The notes under the pieces were generated by a model that ran no database searches, was not told where the DNA came from, and was given only the letters and a program-made list of their open reading frames with translations. From Paramecium tetraurelia (lineage: Eukaryota): a stretch of DNA of 64,000 nt. The stretch lies in contig CT868097.1 of NCBI GenBank assembly GCA_000165425.1, forward strand, positions 192,867 through 256,866, in the 5' to 3' direction. This document shows positions 1 to 13,049 of the stretch, piece by piece (position 1 is the stretch's first letter; each line of letters starts with the position of its first letter). Made by a program: the position numbers and the translations under genes.

Positions 1-152
1 TGCCAAAATCTGATAATGATCTACACCCTTGTGTTCTATTTTATTATGCCTTAGATGAAGTTGAATTTATGTCATCGGATGCAATAAATAAATTGAATCC
101 ATCTGATGCAATAAATATATTGAATCCATCTGATACAATAAATGGATTATGA
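1..152 (+). CDS. 3' end of a gene entering from the left edge (...PKSDNDLHPCVLFYYALDEVEFMSSDAINKLNPSDAINILNPSDTINGL*)
   Basis: Open frame from the window edge to TGA at 150-152, followed by a short AT-rich spacer. Confidence 0.55.
   Translation, partial: PKSDNDLHPCVLFYYALDEVEFMSSDAINKLNPSDAINILNPSDTINGL
75..143 (+). repeat. 27-bp coding tandem repeat, ~2.5 copies (SDAINKLNP / SDAINILNP / SDTIN)
   Basis: tcggatgcaataaataaattgaatcca / tctgatgcaataaatatattgaatcca / tctgatacaataaat. Confidence 0.9.
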
Positions 153-187
153 GTATTGTTTAGATTTTATTATTTATATTTAAAATT

Positions 188-610
188 ATGGATAATCTTT
201 ACGCAGAAGAAATAAGATAGCGATATCATTCTTCCATGACTTACTAAGAATACTTGGACACTTATGATAAAGCTCCACCTAAACCTTAAATTAGGTATTC
301 TGCTGATTAATTAATATTTTAAGACCCAAAGAAACTCCTTAATTACTCGAACCATTAATCTTAGAAGGACACAGAGGCCCTAAAATATAATAATAAAAAT
401 TGACTGTCTATTCTCCTGACGATGTCATTTTTGAAGAATCAGAAACGGATGAGAAACCTAAGGTGCTCACTCATGTTTCATGTTAGAGAGCATTAAAAGA
501 ACATGTATATAAATAATAATCTTAAGAATATTAGAATTAGAAGTTAGAGTGAGAATTTAGGATTTTCAGTATTTCGATTTTTGCAATAAAAGAAAAGTAA
601 ATTCCCATGA
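188..610 (+). CDS. hypothetical protein (MDNLYAEEIRQRYHSSMTYQEYLDTYDKAPPKPQ...)
   Basis: ATG at 188; frame open in the ciliate code with 29-nt and ~22-nt GT-AG introns; 3' end depends on the intron choice. Confidence 0.55.
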
Positions 611-637
611 TTCATGAATCTTATACATTGATCTCTT

Positions 638-900
638 TCAACACTTCTCTAAAATTGATTGCCTACTAACAAAATTATTATAAAGAACTCTCAATGATTT
701 ATTACTTTAGAATTCCTGATCTTTTAGAGATTCTTTGGAGTATATAAATAAATCAGAATAAGAACAAAATGATTCTCCTCTAAACATCTTATATTCACCT
801 TCCAATTTAAACGTTAATATATACATTCATAAATTTTACAATAAATCCATTCCATGTTTTCTTAAATAGAATTATCATATCGAAGTTAAAAGTATCAAGA
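638..900 (-). CDS. small hypothetical protein, 3' part (...GEYKMFRGESFCSYSDLFIYSKESLKDQEFQSNKSLRVLYNNFVSRQSILEKC*)
   Basis: Open minus frame ending at TGA 638-640, convergent with the previous gene; start not resolved. Confidence 0.35.
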
Positions 901-1031
901 GACACTGTTAATTTTATTTTGATATTTAAAATTAAAATTGACAATATTATCTAAAATTTTAATAACATATTTTATATTTAAATTTTAAATAGAGATTCTT
1001 TTATTGTTATTTAAAATCAACTCAATCTCCT

Positions 1032-2094
1032 TCATTTTCTGAGTCTTCTCCTAAGACTCCTATCAAGTTCTGACTTAACTTTCTTTAATTAATGATTCTA
1101 AGGAATGAAAGAATTAACTCTTGCAAGCTTTTTCTCTTTTTCTTTTTCATTCTTCTCCAATTTCTAATTTATCAATTCATTATTATTGATTAATTAAACC
1201 ATAATGTTTATAAATGTTATAGTTAAACCACTGCATGAATAAAATATTTTGCTGATTTTTTTATTTAATCCAAACAATTTTAATCTTCTCAACAACATTA
1301 CAATTCTAAGTGATGTTACTATAAAATTAAGCTGTTTAATTCTTCTTTTCTACCTACTATTAATTAAACTGTTAGCACATTATACTGCGATTGTATCTTC
1401 AAAAATCAATTTATCTGGTATCTCCTTTATCTCATTGACTAATTCCATTTCCTTATCATAAATGATCTTATAATCAAAGAATGATTTTAGTAATTTTAAC
1501 AGTGCCTTTGCTAGTGAAAAAGAGTCTTTATACCCTTTTATGGTTGATTTTGCTTTCAAAGATACGATTTCACTATTTAGATAACGACATTTCTTACTTC
1601 AGAACACCAATATTAATACCCCAAATGATGTGATCCATTATATAATAGAAGAAATTGCATATATGCATAATGGAGGCGGTGATTTTATAGTACTTTGGTT
1701 TATTTTTAGAATGAATGTTGCTTAAGCATCTGATTGAATCAAAAAACTTTAGAAATTTAAATATCTTTCTTCCGTTTTTCATTGACTCTCGAATACGAGA
1801 AGCTATTTTTTAGAAAACATATCAGATGATGCTGCTTGAATTTCAGGAATATTCGAAAATTTAATACAAGCTTCGTATAAATCTGCTAAATACTAAATCA
1901 AACAACAAATCTTATCTCTCCCTTTTGTAGTTTGCATAAATAAGGAAACTATTGAAACCTTATCTAATTAGTTATAAGATCACTACTTTTCTTGCAACAT
2001 ACTATCCAGCCACAATTGTGTTGTTTGCTCTGTGCTAGATTGCTACATTGAAATAATCAGCTAAATCCTTAACAGAGGCAATGCTTCTTTTCAT
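1032..2094 (-). CDS. PEX11: peroxisomal biogenesis factor 11 family protein
   Basis: N-terminal TTKGRDKICCLIQY, amphipathic SMKNGRKIFKFLKF, FFYYIMDHIIWGINIGVL and a hydrophobic C-terminal segment; small introns. Confidence 0.85.
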
Positions 2095-2378
2095 ATAATT
2101 AATAATTTAATATAATTATTTAAATTCTAATTGTTTTCTATTTGTTCCAATTTTTAGTACTCCAATTAATTAATAATTATTATTATATAAATCTATTAAA
2201 TAAAAATTACTTTCTTGTAGAAATTTATCTAAGAAATATAATTTGATCTATATTGATAAAATGAAATATAAAACCATTTTATAAGACTAAAGGATAGAAA
2301 TATGAATCTACTTATAAATATAATTATTCTTAAGAGGTCTAATTCATTTATATCAAAATGTGATTCTAAACTGTGAGT

Positions 2379-3130
2379 ATGAAGTATTTCTCCTCATTGT
2401 GTAATTAATAATTATAAAAATAGGTAGCGTAATTTTACAAATAAAATAATTGATAAATGCACTAATTGGGAAAATCTGAGAATTCCATCAATTTTAAAGA
2501 CTATTCAATTTTAAAAAAAGTGCAATCATTCTCTAGACATGATGATGCAGAGAAAGAAAAAGTTTATATGCTCAAATAGAAAAGCTTTGATTTAACTACT
2601 AGAAGAAGTAGCTCAAATTTAACCTAAGATTTTGCCATTGAATCAATCTTAATTCATAGAATCACAAATATTCAAAAGTATTTGAAATATTTATACTTTC
2701 AGTCCAATTCAATACATAAGAATGAATTTATTACAATAAAAGATTTGGGAGAGGATATAGAAGTTTTCATAAAAATATATTGTATGAAATTTATATCAAT
2801 GTCTTAGGATGATTAAAGCAATTTAATCATTATTGTGTTGAAACCAGATTAAGAATTTGAGTTTAGGTATAACATATCCAATTTATCATGTTTTTCCAAA
2901 ATTAAACAATTAACCAATAGTTTAACTAATCACTTTTATTAACTTACTTAGATTTGTAATTGCTAATCATTAACTTATAGAATTATAAGACCCATATTTA
3001 TCTATGTTGATAGGAAAGATTAAAACATAAAAATTAGACAATGAAATGAGATTATTTGAATTGCTAAATATCATAATGAATGGCAAAAGAATGCTGGTCT
3101 TGTAAAGCCAGATGTATAGTTACGCTTGAA
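2379..3130 (+). CDS. hypothetical protein or decayed gene
   Basis: Long open segments in the ciliate code with intron-like GT..AG pieces, but the frames could not be joined cleanly. Confidence 0.3.
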
Positions 3131-3205
3131 AAATTATATTAAGTTTTTTTACTTTATATTTTTAAATTAATGAGATTTAATATATAAAGTCTTAAATTAC
3201 AAAAG

Positions 3206-3798
3206 TCAGTATTCTTCATCATCAGTTTGAGAATTAGAATCGCAACTCAATGTTTCATTTTCCTAAGGATCAACTTTCTTATGTATAACCTAGGTTGGTT
3301 AAAATCTAGTATGAACTGTCATCACGGCAGAGTTTTGATCAAAATGATAATCATCTCCAAGATTAAAGTATTTTTCAAATTCACACTCTATTTATTCTAT
3401 TTGTGTTGGATTTTGATGATCAAAATTAAAATCCTTATCCTCTAAATCTTCAGTTTCTCTTTCTATAATATGTTATTTTAAATTTTAGTTCTATTTTATG
3501 AGTTACCTCAAGTAACCCATTTTATGATCATATAATTATTCAATAGGTTAAATCTCTTTTGCTTTTCTAATTATTAAATAATACAATACTTTATTAATTA
3601 GCGATAGTCTTCCAATGTTTTTTTAGGAATTCCCACTTCCTCTGCAGCTTATTGTAAGGTAAGCTTTTTTAGATTTCCCTAGCTATCGTACTTGCCATTT
3701 TTAAATAAATTTCTCCATTCCTTCACTTTTTCTACAACAATCTAAACTGAACGTTCTTTTACTCTTTTAAAAACAAAAGATGGATCACTTTATTTCAT
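3206..3798 (-). CDS. ciliate-family putative HTH DNA-binding protein
   Basis: MKQSDPSFVFKRVKERSVQIVVEKVKEWRNLF...TLQQAAEEVGIPKKTLEDY...KMGYLRQLIK: helix-turn-helix-like AAEEVGIPKKTL, acidic tail, one intron. Confidence 0.75.
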
Positions 3799-3906
3799 AT
3801 AATTATTTATTAATTTATATTTATTATTACATTCTAAAGAGAAAGAATGGTTAAATAGCATATAAAAACAAAATTCTATTAAATATTTGGGATTGCTTAA
3901 TATATG

Positions 3907-3960
3907 ATTTATTAATCATTTTGTAATATAATTTATTAATCATTTTGTAATATAATTTAT
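3907..3960. repeat. perfect 24-bp direct tandem duplication (intergenic)
   Basis: atttattaatcattttgtaatata x2 plus atttat. Confidence 0.9.
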
Positions 3961-4237
3961 CCTGAGATCCATGAAAATATTTTTTTGATTAATTATTAAT
4001 CCAATTCATCAATTGGTATATTAGATCTACATTAGATTAAAACTTTTATTTCATTATATAACTATAATCAAGATTTCCAAATACTAGTAGTTTATGTGAG
4101 TACTTATAACATATGATAAAAATGGTGATATGTAGAATAAATTTAAATGGAAAATATATCCATATTAAAGAGAGATATGAGAAATATTAAGATGCAAATA
4201 ATTTCTATTTACAAAATTTACATACTTATAGTAAACA

Positions 4238-4837
4238 TCATTTTTCAACATTTTTATCATCTTCTGATCTTAAATATTCACCTAAATCTGCTTAATTAAA
4301 AACCACAACGGTAGTGGGATCTAAATCTTTGCATTACAATGTTGATCTTGATGCTACTCCAAAACCTAAAGGATTTTCTTATAATGAGAATAAGATGACA
4401 TTTGCATACTAAGGTATGTTTTCAGACATTTTAGCTAAATGAGCTAAAGGAATATTATTGCTATATACCCTTAATCACATGATTTCCATAAAGGTAAGAT
4501 TGTTCTCCACTTGGTTTTAACCAAACTTTATGTTTAGCATATTTGGCCAAAATCTCTAAACATGTGATGTTCAATCTAAATTTTTTGGTTTTTGTGAATT
4601 TTCCAAAATATGTGCCAACACTTTCATAATTTTAATGTCATACTGTAATAATTCGTCTTTTCCAACATTGGTTGCCCAATTAGCAATTTACAATGACATA
4701 TAATAGACTTTATTCTTGATCAACCTGAAAACATGAGGATCATCTTCATTTTCAATTAGCAATTTAATATTTGCTCCAATATATTCTCCCAATTTTTCGA
4801 AAAATATTTTAGTCTCTTCCTCATTTAATTACCTCAT
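4238..4837 (-). CDS. NIP7: 60S ribosome subunit biogenesis protein NIP7
   Basis: [21 protein letters not shown]...[47 protein letters not shown]...[14 protein letters not shown]; short introns. Confidence 0.95.
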
Positions 4838-5077
4838 AATAAATAATTTAATAAATTAATTTTACGAATAATAAATGAATAAGTATTTGGATTATCTGTA
4901 ATTTTAAATCAAATATTTGAAAAAGAGAGAATAATATCAATATTTATCGATTTTTATTAAGTTAATAGATATAGTTATAATTATATAATAATAAATGATA
5001 TCATTTATTTAAAGATTTTCATATTTTAAATTCATTAAACAGTTTATCCAATTCATAGAAATGTCTCTGTATCAAAT

Positions 5078-6409
5078 TCAAGGATTATCTATATCTTCCC
5101 ATATACAATTATTAGTTTATAGAGTCGTATTAGATACATTACTCAACGCATTTTTGATCTTAATCTAAATGCTCATAAAAATATTCTAATTAATTATAAG
5201 ATCATTATTACATTTATATTGATTTTGAATATTCATTAATTGGTTGTTCTCATTATTACTCATTGGCATAAAATTCTTGATTTCTTTAGTTATATCTTCA
5301 ATCTACAACTTGGCACTCAAATAATCTTTTTCTAAACCCTTCTAATTATTTCTAACTATTTCTAATTTCTTCATAATATTTGAGTATTAAATCCCCTTCT
5401 CCTTCTTCTATCTTTAAATTTCTTGAATCTCTCTGTCTAACTCATCCTGATATTTCAATTACGATTCTAATTTATTTTAAATTCTTGAATGTTGAAGTTG
5501 AAGTTCTTCTAAAGTGTTTCTTCTTAATTCTGGAGAGAAGTTCAAACCATTGAAATAGACTTCTGTTGGTTTCTTGTATTATTTAATGTTTTAATCTAAC
5601 ACGTTTACAAGATCATATAATTATTCGTTATGTATTTCTACTGATTTTGTACAAGCTGGTTTAAATAATTCTCTTAGCTTTCTGGCTTGATTTTGATCCT
5701 TCTTATAATATTCACTTAAGTCTTCATCCTCTTCAAGTGATTTTTGATATATTATTTTATCTTTTAAATCTTTAAGCTCTTTATTTGATGAATCAATCAT
5801 GTAATTCAATTTGTTTAAATTGGATATTTTCTTATTTAAAATAATTTATTCTTGATCGTTTACTTCATATTCTATAATCAAGGATTTTAAGGTTCTTTCC
5901 TCATTTTAATAATTTTCTAATTAATTTTTCTTCTCTAAATATAGTTCATGCAATTGATTTCTTGTACTCAACAAATTGTTCACTTAATCTACTATTAAAG
6001 TATCATTATTGGTGGTTGAATTAAATTTATTAAGGAAAATTATGAGATCCTAATTTAATGACAATTAGAGACATTAATCTACTTAAATCTAATATTCATA
6101 ATGTTATTTAATCAGTTTATCCAAGTTTAAACGTTGGAAATAATCCAATGCCAAATTGAGTTGAGCTAATTCAGATTGGATTGGTAACCAATTTTGTACA
6201 GTCTCAATACCGAATTGGTCAGTATCATTGAAGGCAATATCATTCTCTAAGTAGTATTTAACTTCTTATTCAGTCACTTCAACTTCAAATATTTCGAAAG
6301 TATTATTATCTATTTTATTTTATGGGGGAATGAGAGCAATAATGATACAAATCAGCAGAAATAGAATCAGGCAGTATGTCTTGTTAACTAAAGTGTCGGT
6401 TCTTTTCAT
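5078..6409 (-). CDS. secreted or membrane-anchored coiled-coil protein
   Basis: N-terminal hydrophobic segment (YCLILFLLICIIIALIP) followed by a long Q/E/K-rich heptad region; 3' end approximate. Confidence 0.65.
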
Positions 6410-6547
6410 TTTTAAATTTAATATAATATTCCTGTTGTTTAATGAATTTAAGAGAGGGCAACAAAGCATTTTAAAATTTGGATTAATCCGTTAATCGGAT
6501 TTATAAATATATTTAAAAATAAATAGAATTTCATGCAAATTAATTTC

Positions 6548-8537
6548 TCATAAAAATCTGTTTATGTATGCAGTTGTAACATAGTCACAAAATAATCTAG
6601 CTTAATTAGATATCTAAGTTAGACTTATCAAGGGGTCTTTGAATCTATATTTATCAATTTATTTATTTGTCAAGGATAACTAAATTATAGCATGAGTTTT
6701 GTTTTTGTGGACTATAGGATAAATGAAAATAGGTGCAATTGAATACATATCAATTATTTCATTATAATTGAGTTCTTTTGAGATATTTGCAAAATAAGCT
6801 GGTGATTAACTGATAGCCACCTATCCACATACTCCAGCAATGTTTTCTAACTTTTTGATATTTTGGTTGTAGTATTTCCATAAACTATTATCTTCAACAA
6901 AGACTATTTCACTTGTTGATAATTACAAGATCTTATTCTGCATAACTTTCACCAATTCACAAAAGTTAAATTTATCATTTGCCTTCATTAACTTCAAAAA
7001 CTCAGTTTGCAATATATCTATTTATTTTAATAAGAATTTTTAATGAATTTCTTCGTCTATTTTTTGGATTGTCAATTTAACAAATAAACCAAGGATGGAT
7101 GCAAAATATTAGATGTCACTGTAATTATTGCTATGAGTAGGATGACTAAACTCTATTACACCAGCAGGCAATGCTTAATCAGTAATAACAGGAAAGATGT
7201 AAGTATTATCTTAGAACACATCTTCTCCTTTATCGCTTTAATACATCATATGTTTATGAGCTGTTAATTTATTGACTGATTCTCTGGATTCAAGACTATC
7301 TCTAAATGCTCCTTTAGTGCACATGATTTTTCTCTATTTTCCATCGCACATATTAATGAAGAATCCAGTCTAAAAGTCTCTTAGCCATAGATACATATGA
7401 GAAACTTTAAAGAAGCTGGAGAGTGTTGTTATAAAACTATACATTTCATCAAAGTTAGTCAATTAAACTAATTAGCCTAATTTTGTGATAAAATGATTGT
7501 GTGCTAAACTAAATTCTCTATAATTCACCATGTGATTAAATAACCATGTTAATTACATTTTTTTACTCTCTTAATTCAATGAATTGATATGCAGAATGAA
7601 ATCTTCAGTTGAAAATTCCAATGCTGATTAAATAAACTCTATTGTTATTTTTAATTCATTACACTTGCATTCCTGATTTTAAAATACATGACGAAATACA
7701 AAGTTCTTTGGAATTTCTGTGAATGTTATAACCATCTTCTCTTAATCTATGAACTCTTCTTCATTTTATGCCTTTCCGCTTATGTAAAATCGATTATTCA
7801 ATCTTTGTAATTTTTGATTTAATGCATTATTTGCCATTTAAAGTCTTAACTATAATGTTATTTTGATTACTTTTAATAATCCTTCTATTTTTGGATTGCA
7901 TCCTTTTTTATGTGTTCATTTTCTGACAATGCTTCAATTAAGTTATTTTTCAATTGATCTTTTTGTAAAGTTATATTTGACTCTAGAATAATTTATACTC
8001 TTTATTCTGATCTCCTTAATTTCTTTGCTAAATATTTCAATATAGATTTTACAAGTTTCTTCATTTATTTTTTACTCAGCTATAAGCTTTTTATTCAAAT
8101 TATTAATGTCCATCTCCTGCTGTCTAATCTTCTCTAAGAGTACTGAATGTTCTTTTTGCATTTTTTGTATAAGTGAATTGAATTTAAACAATTGAGCTTT
8201 CAAATAAGATTGGTCGTTTTTCAACTTCTCATTCTCTCTTACTAATTAGTTGTACATTATCTCATTATACGAAACCTTTTACAAAGTGCTAACCATGTCT
8301 TATAATGACAAACTAATTGATGATAAATCCTTAGGTGTAAGAGAGGCTGATTGAAGCTATCTAATTTTGCTAGTTAATTATTCATCAAGTCCAACCATGC
8401 TGTTAATCCTAGCATGTAGAGTCTAATTTTCATTTATGATATCTCACTTGATTTAATTCATCCACACTTTTTTAACTTATTCTACGATACTAAGATCGCT
8501 CCGTTAAAGGAGGAGCTTCTATTCTTTTTCTAGACAT
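6548..8537 (-). CDS. coiled-coil protein with tandem GAF-like domains
   Basis: N-terminal coiled coil; C-terminal segments YIFPVITDQALPAGVIEF and GVCGQVAISQSPAYFANISKELNYNEIID...IYPIVHKNKTHAIIQL resemble GAF domains; 25-nt first intron. Confidence 0.7.
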
Positions 8538-8999
8538 TTAAAGATCTTTAATTTTATATTTAATATATTACTATCAAACATCACAATTTGCTATTTTTAT
8601 ATTAATTGTCTTTATCATTTAAACTGTAGATACAACTTGTATAGTTCTAATTGCAGTATCTTTGAGGATTTCAAAATATTAAGAATTTAAAATATTTAAA
8701 AGGAACTTAATAACTTATTGTCAAATACTGGTATCTTCATTTTGGAATGAAAATTACAATCAAAAAACACTCTATTTTAACAACGACTTTGCTTCAAATG
8801 AAGCTGAATTTTATTTATATATCTTACAAATACTTTTTCATTATTTTCTTACTTAATTTTCATTAATTTTATTCTTATTATGTTGTACTCAAATCCCTTT
8901 TCTGTTGTTATACATATACATTCTAGAAATTTAAATAATTTTGAATATTTTATATTGATAAAAAGTGTTATTTAATTTCCTATAATTTTTGATACTATT

Positions 9000-10330
9000 A
9001 TTAGAATGAATAAGAAAAATACATCAAAATGCTAATATGAGCTATTAAGGTCAGAAAATTTGCTTTGAATCTCTCTACAAGTGTGCCTCTAAGATGTTGA
9101 AAAAATGGCTCTAAATCATAATTGAGTGAAACTATCCCTTAGCCATCGTTTTGGGGTGCATTTTGTTTCAAAATACAAGTTATATAGAGAACTTATACGG
9201 AAGTTGACAAATTTAGTAGACATCGAAAAGAAACTCTCCTTCTTCCTACCAAACTGTTGTGAGTAAATGAAGTTCGTGCAAGTAAAATAATTCAAATTTA
9301 TTTTTTCATCCTTAACCTTCTTAAAATAATCTTCAGAGTACAAAACAACATCGTGAGCGAATGATTTTGAAGGCCCATTGAAATCGCCTTGTATTGTAAT
9401 AAAATTCTTAATGTATAAAGAAATGATTTTTTTCTATTCAATTATGAATCTCCAATATGGATAAATATTGCATTCAGAATAGATCCTTCATTTTTAAGGG
9501 TTTTAAATTTGTTGAATGTTAAAAGATACTGTATGATACTTTGGAATGTGGTGAGAATAGCTAATACCTGGTTCCTTCAAATAGTTAATCAGAATATAAA
9601 GAAGAGCTATTAAATATTCTTATATTTACTTACACCGTCCCAATTCAAGACATTCAATCCCTTATCTTAACATCTTATTGTTAATCAGAGGTATCTAAAG
9701 TGATCTTCCTATAATATTGAAATATGAATAATGAGGTCTTGATCGGACATGTCATTATAGTCTAAATTTTTAGCATGTCTAATCATAAGTCCTTTTTTGC
9801 ATCATTAAGTAATCAAGTGATCTTTTTTTCTTACCATCTTGCTTCTTCTTGTCGTTTCATATAAAACACATCATAGTTTTCTTTATTGTTCCATTTGATA
9901 ACTAGGTTAAGATTGCCCTACTATGACTATCATGGTAGATTAGAATTTTAAAAGCATCAACTTTTTTGCTTCTTTGGTAAATTTAAAAAACGTTTTATCT
10001 GTAATCAAGAGAGCATTTTCCATTTCAAATTCAATGTCATCACTTTTATCCATCTCCTTCTTTTTCGAAAGACTTTACTATATAAATTGAATCCTACTTT
10101 AGGTTTAGCACTTTCAATAAAGTTGGCTTCTTAAAGAAGAACAATTTTAGGCTTTCTAAAATTACCCTACTTTCTCTGTGAAAAACCTTTAGTGTTCCAC
10201 GAAAGATTTAGACCTGCTGATATTTCGATATTCTTTATAGTAGTCAGATGGGTTTGTACTGAACCTATCCAAAACAGGTACACTCCTTCCTAATTCATCT
10301 TCTTTCCATCGTACTTCTTTCTATGCCAAA
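9000..10330 (-). mobile_element. degenerate non-LTR retrotransposon-like relic with APE-type endonuclease motifs (two apparent copies)
   Basis: LNLSWNTKGF (SWN 10194-10202), IVLLQEAN (10128-10142), IVIVG/NLN (~9906-9930, frameshifted), DHL, MSDQDLII (~9739-9750), then LNVLNWDG (~9635-9657), CNIYPY, ITIQGDFN (GDFN 9377-9388); in-frame TGAs and frameshifts, no introns. Confidence 0.6.
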
Positions 10331-10559
10331 CAAAGGTCCACAACTCATACCCTACAGGTTAAAGAAGACATGTTTAGAGCCAAGATAAACTTTTTGAATT
10401 CCCTCAAGATGACGGAGGGCTCTCAAAAAAATATGAAAATTCTTCAATTCCTAAAACTCATGTTAAAAATCAGGCTAATGAAATTTAAAAGGGATTTTTT
10501 ATATGTTTCTATTAATTTAAAATACAACTATCTTCTTTTTTAATTTAAAATCAATCAAT

Positions 10560-12192
10560 AAAGATAAAAGGAGTCCTATTCACTTTGTGACCATTAGTTT
10601 GATTACGAAAAGCTTATTTATATAAGTATACAATCTTTAAGACACAAAGATTTACAGTGATTGATATTTCTAAAGATCAACGCTCAATTTGGTTATTCAA
10701 AATTAAGTCCCAATGTATTTTAATACAAATATAACTTATTCTGAATATGTAAATGTGCAAAGTTTTAAGAGTAAACATTATAATAAGATACTCCATTAAA
10801 TTATGCTGATTTGAAAGAAAAATTAATTGATAATAAGAGGATATTCTTCTAAGAAAATCAAATATCAGAGTTGTCTCTTCATAATATTATACTCTCAAAA
10901 GTAGAGTTTGCTAGAAGTATATAAAGAAAATGATAATGTAAACTTTCTAGTTGCCTCTAGTATTATAAAAGATCATATGTCTAAAAATCATAGCCTATGG
11001 TAAAATCTTATTTTGATTCTTAATCATACTATACATAAAAGTGTTGGAACTATGTTTCTAATTTAAAATCAATATCTATTCCTTGTATTAGGAACAGAAA
11101 TAACTGTTTAAGTTGCATTCGGACTTGATGAGAATATAAAATAGACAACTTTAAATTTTGTAATAGAATTATTCCTAAATTCAAACTGAATATCTTCTGA
11201 ATAAATTTTGATTTCTTATCAATTATTTTATTTAATAATATTAACTCTTATATGAAGGGGGCTCAACTTTCACTTCTAAAAATATACAATAGCCATCTCC
11301 AAAATATAAATGGTATTCGTTTTAAGTATTATCTAGTTTCTTCAAATACTACTATTCATATAATATCACCAGAGCCAATATTTTAATCTATAAGCGCTCT
11401 AATTTTGAAAGGAGAATTTACTAATCAATTAGCGCATTGGCTTTGAATAAATTATTTTAAAAAAGAGGTAGTTTCATTTTAGAAAACTAATAGGCTGAAA
11501 GATTGATAAATAAAGGTATAATGAATTTCATTTAGGGGTATGAATATGCACATGGCTTTATCTCCTCATATATACGTGTATTAAGATTATAATTAGAATT
11601 AAAATAAATACGCAATTGAATGTTACGATTAAGCTATTTCCATTATTCCTAGTTATGATAGCGCATGGAATAATAAGGGTAACTAATGTGACATATTACT
11701 ATTGTTNNNNNNNNNNNNNNNNNNNNNNNNNNNNNNNNNNNNNNNNNNNNNNNNNNNNNNNNNNNNNNNNNNNNNNNNNNNNNNNNNNNNNNNNNNNNNN
11801 NNNNNNNNNNNNNNNNNNNNNNNNNNNNNNNNNNNNNNNNNNNNNNNNNNNNNNNNACAAAGCTATTTCCATTAATCCTAAATTTGATATAGCATGGAGT
11901 AATAAAGGTAAATTATTTTATAATTAGGTTTTGCATAAATTCTTCGTAACAACAATTGCTTTTACATAATTTAAAGAAATATCAGGAAGCTGTCGATTGC
12001 TATGATAAAGCTCTGTCTATTTGTATTAATCCTCTTCGTCTAAAAAGAAAAGGTACACCTTTATAAATTAATATAGCTGATTCACTATTTGAGTTGCAGT
12101 AGAAAGAAAAAGCTAAAAAGTTTTATTAGTATGCATTAAACAAAGGATCAAATGAGACGGATTATATACTAAGATAACTAGCCAAATTATGA
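10560..12192 (+). pseudogene. TPR-repeat protein gene, disrupted 5' part, spanning an assembly gap
   Basis: YAIECYDQAISIIPSYDSAWNNKG, KAISINPKFDIAWSNKG, LHNLKKYQEAVDCYDKALSI, ...YILRQLAKL*; introns at the NK/G codon of repeats; upstream frames broken by TGA; 5' boundary approximate. Confidence 0.7.
11707..11856. other. assembly gap (150 N)
   Basis: Run of N inside the TPR repeat array. Confidence 1.
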
Positions 12193-13049
12193 AACACCAT
12201 TATATTAATAGATCAAATCCTTAATTTATTCTTTTTCAAATTACAAATAATATTTCTTAAGAATCCCATCTAATAAACTCATATCAAGTAAGAGTAAGTT
12301 TTCTTTCGTGTTAAATTTTTCAAAGTAAAACTTATTTCCTTTTACGAGAATACCTAATTTTTAAACCTTATGAGTTGTGATTTCTTCATATATTGTTATA
12401 GACCTCTTAAATTTCATTTTACAATGTGAAAGAGCTTCATAAGGATAATTTATGATAAATGCTTCTAGAAAAAAAATTATTATCATAGATTTACCTACAC
12501 TATTTAACATTGCTATTATTCATTTAGAATGTTTTTATAATTAATTTAGAGCTTTTGATCTTTTTCTGTTAAAAATAAGTTCAATAAATATAGTATTTTT
12601 TTTTCCAGATATTGTTTAGAAATGTTCAAAACTCACTAAATCATTAGCTTTAATAGTAGGAGCTTACTACTAACTATTTTATTAATTTGATAATTTATCT
12701 TACAAAAATAAATTATATCTATATACAATAGAGTATATGTATTTGGAAAATAGTCAGAAAATAGTAGAAAAAGTTACTAAAATATATGATCTAAAACAAC
12801 AAAATAAATAATATTGGTTTAAGGAATCAATTTAATAAAACCAATTCATTGGAGTCAGCCAATAAACTTATTCGTATTTAGTTAATAAAAAAGTGTATTC
12901 AAGATTGAACAATGAAACCAAAAACTCTTCTTTTCCTTTACATAGAATTAATATTTCTAAATAGATTTACTCAATATTAAATAGCCACTAAAATTACTGC
13001 TTTTTTATTTACCATTCAAGTTATTCTTTAGCGCATTGAGTATCTCTGT

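Noticed and set aside
1249..1461. Short hydrophobic ORFs antisense to real genes (also 3227, 23734, 31258, 36790, 45213, 49411, 51076, 53036, 57018, 59013, 59812)
   Set aside because: They are shadow ORFs opposite well-supported genes, artefacts of standard-code translation
8620..8650. TAYAG-like IES/transposon end motifs beside the decayed island
   Set aside because: Such short AT-rich motifs occur by chance and no matching partner end was identified
9116..9343. 75-aa ORF as a standalone gene or Piwi fragment
   Set aside because: No Piwi catalytic motifs; it continues the GDFN-containing endonuclease relic frame
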